Positions 14,491-25,875 of a stretch of DNA of 64,000 bases are shown in pieces. The notes below the pieces were generated by a model. That model did no database searches. It saw only the letters and a program-made list of their open reading frames with translations, and was not told where the DNA came from. Position numbers and translations under genes: made by a program. The number at the start of each line of letters is the position of its first letter. Position 1 is the first letter of the stretch. Origin of the DNA: Geosiphon pyriformis uo1 (lineage: Eukaryota; Fungi; Glomeromycota); assembly GCA_016748015.1 (NCBI GenBank), contig JAAOMT010000276.1:124001-188000 (forward strand), in the 5' to 3' direction.

Positions 14491-15117
14491 GTGATTTAGT
14501 TTGGAAATTTGCTACATGCAATGTTAGAGATATCAATGTTTCTGTAAAGCAAGAAGACATTGTTCATTGGCATAAAAAATCAGGGAATATGGTTTCAATT
14601 GTTATAGAAACCAAATTAAGATCTAATGTTAGACCTTGGATCATAAATAAGTTTAATGAAGTTCGAATTTTCACTTCTGGTTTGGGTGTGAGTTTTCTTG
14701 ATGCTGAAGTTGTCATTATTATAAACAGTTCTTTGGCTTAGCATATCTTAAAGATAGACAAAATTTCTGGTCGGCTGATCTCTGTTTGTTTTTTGTTTAA
14801 AGACAAGCTTTCAGTTACAATCTTGGGCCTATATGCTGGTGTTTCTGTCAATACACATTTTAGCCAAGCTTCTTCTATCAACTCCTTGATCTTTAGAGCA
14901 ACCAATTTTAGCTCATTCATAGTTGTTGATGGTGACTTCAATGAAAATAGATTTAAAAAAAGTGCTAGCTTCAAGTTCTGTTCAGACTTGGATCTGGTCA
15001 ATACTTTTAATGGACATTCCTTAGCCAAAGCCTCTACTTGGAGTAATTCTAGAGGCGTTGAAAAGGTGTTGAATTTTATTTTTGTGAATGAGAACCTTAC
15101 TTTTATTATTACATTGC

Positions 15118-15973
15118 TGTTACAAATGTTTATTTGGAGTCTTAAATCAAATAACAAATCTGTAACTTAGTGCTTAATATCTTGATAATGCTGATAATAC
15201 TGGTATGGAGGGTGTATTTGAAGGTTTTAAAGATGAGTTTTTTGTATAATGAACAGAAATTCAATAATGATATAGTTGGTTGGTGAGTTGTTTTCCCAAT
15301 TTCTGTCTTTAGCATAATGGCCAGTTTATTTTGGCAGTTGTGCTCTTCTGATAAGCTATTCATTAATATATATATGATTCTATCCTTATTTCTGGGTCTT
15401 TTACCAAACTATCCATAACATTAATAACTTAGTGCTTTAATCCTTAATCAATTAGTATGTAACAATAAAATCAAAGAAAAAAAAAATAAAAAGAAATAAA
15501 GAAATGAGCCAAGGCAATGCACAAGTTAGTATTCTGTCAATAGCCATGATCAAGAGCTATTGTTCCAGTGTGGTTAAGTGTCAATGACTATTAACATGAA
15601 GTGTTGATAGTAGAAAGTGGATTTGAGATAAAGAATAATTATTTATTGATATTTGTGAATTAGAAGGTGGCTTAGATAAAATCTAAACTGAGAGGTCTGT
15701 CTTTTTTACTTCTAATGCTATCACTATATATACATAATTTGGGTTCTATAAGATTGCTCATATTTCCAAGCAATATGCTATAATTTCTTAAGCAATGCTC
15801 ACATTGTTAAGCAATATGTCATATTTTCTTGACATTGCTCCACATTGTTGAGTGATGTGCCATGATTTCTGACATTGCTCCACATTGCTAAGCAATATGC
15901 TTATGTGCTAACTACTACTCTTTTATTGGTCTACTATTTTTTTATATCTGTTTTTCTTTTTTTATGAATAATA
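15118..15973 (-). repeat. Solo LTR of family B (diverged subfamily)
   Basis: Reverse complement matches 41472-42487; termini TGTTACA / GAATAATA; decayed TSD TTGC/TCAC. Confidence 0.88.
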
Positions 15974-15979
15974 TCACAT

Positions 15980-16970
15980 TGTTACCAGTAGAATTTTAGC
16001 TATTAATTAGCATGAAATTACCCTTATAATTCCTATAATTAATTAGTATATTAATATCATTTCAAATTATCATTTATTATTTAATCAATTATCACATATC
16101 ACAATTCAATCAAAATAATCTAATTAATATAACAGAAAGTAGGATGATCAAATTACACAATACTCTGAACTTTGTAATATTCAAAAATTCGCCGAAATTT
16201 ACAGAAATTCGCCGAAATTTATAAGAAATTCGCCGAAATTATGAATAGTTCACCCAAATTAATCAATAGTTCAGCAAAATAACTTGTAGTTTATCAAAAT
16301 ATATCTTTAATTCACCGAAATTTGAGCAAAGAGAAAAAGTGCAAGTTTATAAACTAGTACTACAACAAGTTGTATAAAAGAAGAGCTTTTCTCTTCAAGA
16401 AAATGTATCTTACTTTAGATTTATTACTTAGAACCATTCCTACACACACAAAAAAAAATAAATATCAAATAATTCGAAAAAACCAAATTCTTTAATTATT
16501 GCACTTGGAAAATCCCCAAAACCCAACTAACGTTTTGAAATTGATTAGCTACCAATTTCAGTAAACTGTTAGTGACTCCAGGCCTGGATAGAAAACGTTT
16601 CTCTTGATAAAATTCTATTTCTTTTACATTTCTTTTATTTTTCTTTCTTTTCTTATTACAATCATTAGGGTAGCCTACAGATGAGATTCCTGTAGAAAAG
16701 TTGACTTTCACAGCAAAGTAACTACACATTTTAGTAAGCTTTCAGATGAGCAATTCCTGGGAAAGAGTTGATGTTTACTACAATGTAACTACATAAAGTA
16801 ACTGGCAAGGAATTGGCCATTCCACTTATAAGCCCAGCAGTTCAAATTATAGGAGATAATTTAAAGATAAATTCAGTTATTGGAGGTTTAACTACTTCCT
16901 GAAAATGTAAAGTCACAGCAAATCAACATTACCAACATTTAAGAAAAGAGACCAAAAATCTTCAGTAACA
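15980..16970 (+). repeat. 5' LTR, family A
   Basis: TGTTACC...GTAACA; TATAAAAG box at ~16373. Confidence 0.96.
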
Positions 16971-16972
16971 TT

Positions 16973-16988
16973 TGGTGCTCTCCCATGG
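16973..16988 (+). promoter_or_regulatory. Primer binding site TGGTGCTCTCCCATGG (possibly elongator tRNA-Met)
   Basis: 2 nt after the LTR; first 10 nt shared with the family B PBS at 39992. The tRNA identity is an inference. Confidence 0.8.
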
Positions 16989-17015
16989 AAATAACACAGC
17001 AACAACAAATTCAAA

Positions 17016-20000
17016 GTGGTGACCACACCAAATACAGCAACTTTAGAGTATTACCAGTCAATTTACACCCACTGCAAGCAAAGATTCAACATTCCAGACG
17101 GAATTGAAGTTGTCAAGAAATCAGTATACCAATACATTGAAAACTGCATCAACAATTATCTTTTTGGAAACTACAACATTTTAGAAGTTAGAAGCAACTT
17201 CTACAATAATTTAGTGTACTATTCACAATTGGAAACAGAAGACCTGAACAGTAAAACACTTGCTATCTACTTCCAAGAACTTAATTTTAACATTATTGAG
17301 TATTGTAAAGAAAAATACCCAGTACAGTCTAAATACTCTTTTGACTTTGAATCAAAGACAGAAACAAGCAACAAAGACAAACAAAGATTGAAGCAATACT
17401 CAAGAACCACTCCAAACACTCCAATACTACAAAAGACACCTACCAAACACTTGCAAACATCTGAACAAGAAACTAGTGTCAAATTACCACTTTCTATTAC
17501 ACCATTTCCAATTTCACTTGTTTAACCACAAACACCAAATTCACTACTCAACCGCTTCTTCAGACCAGAAGATTTTCAGTCACCTAGAAACCCTACTCAA
17601 CAGCAGGAACTAATATCAACAAGTGCCAATATCATTAATTACTTACAGGAAAACGAAAGTAATCATTCAGAAAGCTTGAAAAGTAAAGAAACTGAATCAG
17701 AACAAGAAGAAATTACAGAAAACGAAGAAGGAATGACAACTGCTTATATTACAAAAATCCCAGAATTCACTGGTGAAAACAATGATACCAGCCCTTAAGA
17801 ATGGCTTAACAAAGTTCAAAAAGCAGGAGATGCAAATGGTTGAATCACAGTAAGAATGCTTAAAGCAATTCCTTACTTTCTCCAAGAAACTGCAGAAAAA
17901 TGGTTTAAAAATTTAGAAAAACCATTTAAAAACTGGCAAGCATTCAAAGATGCTTTTCTACAACAATTCACTGATAACAATACCTCTATCACTCTCAGAA
18001 ACCGCTTTCACAATATCAAACAAGAAACATCTGAAACTGTTATAACCTATCTTGGAAGATTTAACAAACTTTTTAAATGAATCCGACAATTGAAAACCAA
18101 TGACTACTATTCTAATGCTCAAATTCTGGATCAGTTTATAGCAGGGTTAAAAAACAAACTGATTAAAAAAGTCTGTTCACATGCTTCAGCAGACTTAACA
18201 ACTGTTATTAGACATGCAAAGAGCTATGAAATGGCAATGGAAGAAGCAAATTACACCAAGCTTGTAAACCTTGCAATTGGAGAAACCAGCTCAGCAGCTG
18301 AAGAGAAGATAGACCAACTCACAAAAAAAGTTGAAAGCTACTTCACAAACCAACAACAACCACAAAGATATCAACCTTCACAACAATGCAACCAAAACAA
18401 TTTTGGATCATCATCCAACAACCAATCTCAAAATTGTCATTATTGTGGAATTCCAGGATACTGGAAACGAGATTGTAGGAAATTACAAAGAGACCAACAA
18501 AACAGGAGTCATCAATGTTACTTTTCATCACAACAATCCTATTACCAATTTCCACCACCAACTTATTATTCACCAAGACCACAAAATCAAAACAGTTACT
18601 ATCCACCAGCTCTACAACCAATGCAGCAACAATATCAGCAACCTTTACCAATTCAGCCATATTAGACACCACCCACTCAACAATATCAAGTACCAGCAAA
18701 AAGATTGGTTCAACATAACCAATTCACACCCCAAAATCAATTTCAGAATAACAACAACAGAATTAATCCAAATAACCAGTTGGTTCTCCGAAATTCTGGT
18801 CAGCAAAAACCCAATCACTATCACACTCAACCCAGTTATCTTACAATACCAGAGGAATCGGATTTTCAACAAACTGCACTTTTTGAAGGTAAAGTTGCAG
18901 CACCAAGATCAAACCCTTTCAACCACACCATTCCACTAGCTCAAATTGCCCAAAATGCCAATCTGTCAGATATATTTCCATTTGAATTTGAAGCAAATGA
19001 ATCACCATTTCTGCTTAGTAATGCAGCAGTCAATGAACAGAAAGCAATTACTGCTATGTACACAAAAGCTACAGTGGAAGGAAAACCCATTTGCTTAATC
19101 TTAGATAATGAATCGGCTGAAAGTATCATTACTTACTAGCTGATACAACAACTCAAATGAAATGTAGACAGACCAGCTCAAACAATTATTGTCATAGCTG
19201 ATGGTATAAAGAAGACTCCAGTAGGAGAAATTGATGATTTCTCCTTTATAATTAATAGAATCACCATTCCAGTTAAAGTTCTTGTTATGGATGCACCCCA
19301 ATATCAAGCTCTAGTCGGAAATAATTGGCTTCTCAAGGCCAATGCAAACCTGAACTGGGAAACTCAAAAACTTAAAATCTCATACCAAAGACAATATACC
19401 ATAGTACCTGCAATCTGTGGTACCTTTAACAAATGATCAGAAAAAGCTCTAGTATTTGAATTTGAAGAGGAGAAGAAAATGCCACTCACTGAAACCTATA
19501 TGGCTCTTAGATCACCATCCAATTGGGCTGAGAAAACAGAACAAGAGATTTTTGAAGAATCAAGGAAATAGAAGAAAGTTAGATATTCCACACCAGAACC
19601 ACGAAAAGAACCACCATACATTCCACTAAAATGCAAAGATTGCAAAAAGAAGCTTTCATCTATAGAAGCCTGTATTTCTCCAGAAGAGGAATACGAAATT
19701 CACACTTGTTACTTCTGCAAGGCATGCCATAAAGAACGATTTGGATCCCCAAAGAGAAATGGAAAATGGGACAAAACTTCTTGCTTCACATGTGAAGAAA
19801 TGCTACCAGAAGAATGCAATTGGATTGATGTAGCAATGAGAGGAGGAGTATGTAATTAAACCTGTTAATATGCTCTATCAATTTCGGAAAAAGTCAGAAA
19901 AAGAACACCATTTGATGCAGCATACAACAGTGCTCTCAATAAACTTTACCACTATTTTCATGATGCTGAAATGATTTTTGACTTAGCAATGGCATTGATC

Positions 20001-23000
20001 AATAGAGCCACCCAAGAAGATGTCTGCCAAATGAAAAAAGCTGAATATATTGAGTATATCATAGAATTAGCTGGATTTGATTATAAAGATGAAGTAGAAA
20101 CCTACCACCAAATTGCAAGCCACACATATCTGACCAAAAAAGCTCAAATTCAACGATTAGAGCAAATGAACATTCAATTGTGTGAAGAATGTGTTATGCC
20201 TTGTGATAATCAATGGTGTTTAGAATGTTATGCTCTTAGCATTCCTCTGCCAGATGAGGATGATGAAAATAAAATCGAATTTGGAGTATCTGAACTAGTA
20301 GAAAAACTACCAATCACCCCCATCTATCTTTTTGAAAAGCAACCACCTCTACAACTTAAATATTTTGACAACCATGGCCAAGGAATCAGACCAGAAAAAG
20401 CATATGAAATTGATGCTGGATATGACCTAAGATACCCAGGAAAAGATACTTTGATTCTCCAACCAAAGTCCTTGACAAAAATCAATCTCAAAATTGCTCT
20501 TAAAATACCACCAAGAGCAATGGTTCAAATTGCCTCCAGATCATTATTGGCAAGCAAAGGAATCAATATTAGAGGAGGAGTTATAGATGCAGAATATATT
20601 GGAGACATTATCATCATGTTACAGAATGAGACAAACAAACTATTCAAAATTGAACATGCTGAAAAAATTGTTCAAGCAATTTACTTACCCTTAATCAACA
20701 TTTCGGGATTACAATCAGTAAACAACAGAAAACAATTGAGAAAAAATGAAAGAGGAACCCAAGGTTTTGGTTCAACTGGACAATTTACAATTCCAGTAAA
20801 TATAGCTCTTAATACACAAAATGAATCTTACCAGATTCTTCAACTTCCCCAGCCAATTACCATTTCACCTTTTGAAAAACATCACAAAATTTATACTTGC
20901 TCAAAACCCACCACTACACAACAAATCTTTGAATCCAATGAACAAATCTGTTTGAAGCATGAAATTTTAATTCCAAACGTTTATATTCCCAAAAGGATGA
21001 GAAAATTTCGAGTTATATTCTACAATCCCAATAATTACCCTATTGTTTTATTAAACAAACTAGAGATTGAAATCATACACAGCAATATTTTTCAAGATGA
21101 AAACCCTTAAATTGTCTCTAATTTCATCGAAATTGTAAGACACACTCTACTTCCAAATTCAAATATCAATTTCACTACTAAAAACTACTACTTTTTGGAA
21201 GAAAAACTCTCTCAAATCAACATGGGTCCCTTAGAACCTCAACAACAAAGACAATTGAAACAATTGATAGCTGAATTTGCAGATATATTTGCAAAAGACA
21301 ACAATGACTTGGAAAAAACAAACATTGTTCAACATCAAATTCATACAGGAGATGTTTCACCAAAACATTAACAAGCCTATCGAGTGCCACCTGCCAGCCA
21401 CCAATTCATTAGAAAAGAGGTCCAAAGAATGCTCAATAACGGATTGATTCAACCATCAAAAAGTCCTTGGGCCTCACCAGTAGTTTTAGTTAAAAAGAAA
21501 AATGGAAAAATCAGATTCTGTGTTGATTATAGACAACTGAATAGTGTTACAATTGGAGATGCCTATCCTCTTCCAAGAATTGATGACATGCTAGATGCCC
21601 TAGAAAAAGCCAAGTTCTTCTCAACTTTAGACTTGGAAAGTGAATACTGGCAAGTCGAAATGGATCCAAAAGACTGACCCAAAACAGCATTCACCACCCA
21701 AGGAGAAAACTATGAGTTCAATGTTATGCCTTTTGGACTCTGCAATGCACCAGCAACATTCCAATGACTCATGGATGTTGTATATGAAAGACTCTTATGG
21801 CAATCAGTAGTTGTTTACCTTGATAACACTGCTGTGTACTCACCAAGCTTTGAAGCCCATCTTATTTATTTGTGAGAAATTTTTCAATGATTACGGAAAG
21901 CAGGATTGAAGTTGAATATTGAGAAATATCACTTTGGAAAAACAAGCTTAATCTTTCTTGAACACATGGTTAGCAAAGATGAAGTCAAACCAAACCCTGG
22001 AACAATTAGTGCTGTCAAAAACTTCCAAACTCCAAAAAATACCACAGAGCTATGAGGATTTGTAAGATTAGTCTCCTATTATTAAAAATTCATCAAAGGA
22101 TTCTCAGAAATTGCCAAACCACTCAATTATCTCACCAATAAAAATGTGCCATACAAATGGACTGAAGAACAACAAAAAACATTTGAAACCCTCAAAACAA
22201 AGCTGACAACAGCCTCAGTTCTTGTTTACTCAGATTTCAACAAACGATTTCAACTAGCCACTGATGCTTTACACATAGCATTTGGTGCCATCTTATCACA
22301 AATAGATGAAAAGGGGCAAAAACAAGTCATCACTTATGCTAATAGAACACTAAAACCAACAGAACTAAAATACGGCTTAACTGAATTAGAAGCTGCTGCA
22401 GTTATTTGGGCTCTTAAACATTTTCAACAATATCTGAAGAATGGAAAAGAATTTGACATAATAACAGACAATATTGGCCTCAAATGGCTCAATAAAAAGA
22501 AAACTGAACAAAGTGCCAAACAGTCTTGATGGAATGACTTTCTAGCAGACTACAGATATATTGTACACCACAAACCAGGAAAACTACATACCAATGTTAA
22601 TAGTCTCTCAAGAATGAGACAAGATTAATACCAACAACAATTCTACCACAACTTACTAACTTACCAACAAAATAACCAAACAGGAATGAATTTCAGAAAT
22701 TACAGCAATCTTAAAAATTATTTGAAGACTCTTACCATGCCAGAAAACTGGTCTCCAAGTGAAAAACATCATTTACAACACCAATTAAAACAATATTTCA
22801 TACACCAGAACAAAATCTATTATAAAAATTACAAAAACCCAAACCAACCACTCAGATTAGTACAAAAAAATGAAAAAGAAACAATTTTATACAACATGCA
22901 CACAAATTCGTCTTCAGCACACTTGGGAAGAGATGGAATAATTCAAAGAACTCTTGAACATTATTTTTGGCCTTACATGCAAAAAGACATTCGACAATAT

Positions 23001-24071
23001 GTAGAATCTTGTGATAATTGTCAAAAAAGAAGAAGAACTCACCCCACAAAACCTTTAAATCCAATCAAAGTTGGACAACCTTTTGACAGAGTTGAAATTA
23101 ATTTAGTTGGACCATTACCTATCACAACCTAAGGAAATCATTATATTGCAGTTGCAGTGGATTATCTTACTAAATGGCCTAAAGCTAAAGCCATCCAAAG
23201 AGCAGATGCAAAATCAGTAGCAAATTTCATCTATGAAGACATTATTTGTAGACATGGATGCCTAATTGAACTCTTATCCAATCAAGGAACACATTTTGTA
23301 AACAACTTGATACAAGAAATTTGTGAACAATTCAATGTCAAAAGACCTCTATCATTACCTTATCACCCTCAAACAAATGGACTTGTAGAACGTTTCAATA
23401 GAACATTGTGTAAATCTCTAGCCAAAGTCTCAACAGACTTTGAGCAGGAATGGGATATCTTTATTCCATTAGTGTTACTAGCATACAGAACACTAAAACA
23501 AGATACTACGAAACACACACTATTTGATCTTACTTATGGAAGGACAGCAACATTACCAATTAATTTCACAATGGAAACATACTCAGTGCAACCAATCAAT
23601 GAAAAAAACTTTCAAGAAACACTCCAAAGAAGAGCCTACACTCTTTTTAGTACACTGGAAGGAAAAAGAAGAATAGCAGCAACTCATATTAAACATTTCC
23701 AAGCTCAACAAAAAGAAAGACATGACAACAAATTACCACCTATTACCAACGAATTTAAAGTTGGAAATAAAGTTCTCTTATATAGAACTAAGACTGAAAA
23801 ACAATGGAGTGAAAAATTTGAAAACAAATAGGATGGACCATTTTATATTCACAAAATTATAGACAATGGATCATACAAGTTAAGACTTGATGACAAAATA
23901 CTAACAAAAGTTGCACATGGAAACAGGTTGAAACACTATCATTCCAAAAACAATCCTAAATCATTAATTCCACAAATTGGTACACATTCCTCTTTAATTA
24001 ATTCTGAAGATATTCCCCAAAATTTAGAACCAATAATTATAATAGAACAACAACCAAACTTGAACACTTAA
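17016..24071 (+). pseudogene. Single-frame gag-pol polyprotein with about 20 in-frame stops and no frameshift
   Basis: All ORF-track fragments share one frame; CHYCGIPGYWKRDC knuckle; LILDNES protease; SPWASPVVLVKKK, FCVDYR and YLDN RT; TDA...ELEAAAV RNase H; H...C..C, YHPQTNGLVERFNRTL and GPF integrase. Confidence 0.95.
20355..20780 (+). other. Trimeric dUTPase domain within pol
   Basis: All five motifs present: DAGYDL, ASRS, GGVIDAEYIGDI, EKIVQAI, RGTQGFGSTG. Confidence 0.95.
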
Positions 24072-24218
24072 ATTTTACAATAATTCTCCAATAAAAACAC
24101 AAAGACAAAAATAGCAAATAAATTACAAAAAACACCCAAACCCAAAAAGAAATAAAAACCCCATATCCCAAAAAATAATTTTTCTTATTCTCTCTTTTCA
24201 TAATTAGTTAATTTTATC

Positions 24219-24926
24219 ATGATTATTCCCCAAAATATTCAAAAAATATCCCAAAAGTTAATGTTAGTCTTAAAAACACTTTTTGACTTATTCATAACGA
24301 TTAATAGAAGTCAAATTAATTACATTCAGAAAGAAACCACAGCCCCAGTAGCAAATCATTCACAGAACTATCACCCCTATAGAAAAAAAACAAGAAGTCA
24401 CTCTGAAAATAAGTTACCAAGACTTTTAAAGCAAGCACTGGAAAAAAATCTTTTAATTGCCCCTATTGATATTTCACTGAATGCTACAATACAACAAAAA
24501 CTTCTACTACTTCTCAATGAACAGAACAATGAACACACTTCTATCTATAAATACTTTTACATTGGAAAGACATTTTATAAACGAAAATTAGAACTTGAAG
24601 CAACAAATCTCACTCTTGAAGCTATACAAAAACAAATTCACAATGAATTCAAAACAGCAGCTGGACCAACAAACACTCACTACAAACTTAGAGCAGTTTT
24701 TAGACTCTATGATTTGTTTAATACTTGTAAAAATGTTCTACAAAATCTAATACTGCAATCAATGAAAGTCCAATACATTGGCAAACTCACAGAACTGAAA
24801 TTTCAACAATTTTTAGACCAGATTACTTCAATTATTTTGGATCACTATCTCAATATTACAGATAGTGCTTGGACTTTAATGGAGCTCAGTCTTGAGGAGG
24901 AGATTATGTTACCAGTAGAATTTTAG
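24219..24926 (+). CDS. Accessory ORF3 in env position, 235 aa, function unknown
   Basis: Uninterrupted ATG-to-stop ORF between integrase and the 3' LTR, reading through the PPT into the LTR; no obvious TM helix. Confidence 0.75.
   Translation: MIIPQNIQKISQKLMLVLKTLFDLFITINRSQINYIQKETTAPVANHSQNYHPYRKKTRSHSENKLPRLLKQALEKNLLIAPIDISLNATIQQKLLLLLNEQNNEHTSIYKYFYIGKTFYKRKLELEATNLTLEAIQKQIHNEFKTAAGPTNTHYKLRAVFRLYDLFNTCKNVLQNLILQSMKVQYIGKLTELKFQQFLDQITSIILDHYLNITDSAWTLMELSLEEEIMLPVEF
24894..24904 (+). promoter_or_regulatory. Polypurine tract
   Basis: GAGGAGGAGA just upstream of the 3' LTR TG. Confidence 0.85.
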
Positions 24927-25875
24927 CTATTAATTAGCATGAAATTACCCTTATAATTCTTATAATTAATTAGTATATTAATATTATTTCAAATTATCAT
25001 TTATTATTTAATCAATTATCACATATCACAATTCAATCAAAATAATCTAATTAGTATAACAGAAAGTAGGATGATCAAATTACACAATACTCTGAACTTT
25101 GTAATATTCAAAAATTCGCCGAAATTTACAGAAATTCGCCGAAATTATGAATAGTTCACCCAAATTAATCAATAATTCAGCAAAATAACTTGTAGTTCAT
25201 CAAAATGTATCTTTAATTCACTGAAATTTGAGCAAAAAGAAAAAGTGCAAGTTCATAAACTAGTACTACAACAAGTTGTATAAAAGAAGAGCTTTTCTCT
25301 TCAAGAAAATGTATCTTACTTTAGATTTATTACTTAGAACCATTCCTACACACACAAAAAAAAAAAATATCAAATAATTCAAAAAAACCAAATTCTTTAA
25401 TTATTGCACTTGGAAAATCCCCAAAACCCAACTAACATTTTGAAATTGATTAGCTACCAATTTCAGTAAACTGTTAGTGACTCCAGGTCTGAATAGAAAA
25501 CGTTTCTCTTGATAAAATTCTATTTTTTTTACATTTCTTTTATTTTTTTTTCTTTTCTTATTACAATCATTAAGGTAGCTTACAGATGAAATTCCTGTAA
25601 AAGAGTTGACTTTCACAGCAAAGTAACTACACATTTTAGTGAGCTTTCAGACGAGCAATTCCTAAGAAAGAGTTGACATTTACTACAACGTAACTACATA
25701 AAGTAACTGGCAAGGAATTGGCCATTCCACTTATAAGCCCAGCAGTTCAAATTATAAGAGATAATTTGAAGATAAATTTAATTATTGGAGGTTCAGCTAC
25801 TTTCTGAAAACATGAAGTCACAGCAAATCAACATTACCAACATTTAAGAAAAAAGACCAAAAACCTTTGGTAACA
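24907..25875 (+). repeat. 3' LTR, family A
   Basis: Direct repeat of 15980-16970. Confidence 0.96.

Larger units (their letters stand above)
15980..25875 (+). mobile_element. Full-length Ty3/gypsy LTR retrotransposon family A (gag-PR-ZnF-dUTPase-RT-RH-INT plus ORF3), inactivated by nonsense transitions
   Basis: Paired ~0.98-kb LTRs, TSD ACAT (15976-15979 / 25876-25879), PBS, PPT and gypsy domain order. Confidence 0.97.

Noticed and set aside
16496-16729. 77-aa antisense ORF repeated at 25401-25634
   Set aside because: It recurs only because it lies in the LTR; no protein features and it spans a T-rich tract
16676-16770. Tandem hammerhead ribozymes (CAGATGAG...GAAA)
   Set aside because: The core needs CUGAnGA; all three LTR copies have CAGA and no convincing stems
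23830-24071. Chromodomain at the integrase C-terminus
   Set aside because: Only the GPF/SH3-like segment and a short tail are present
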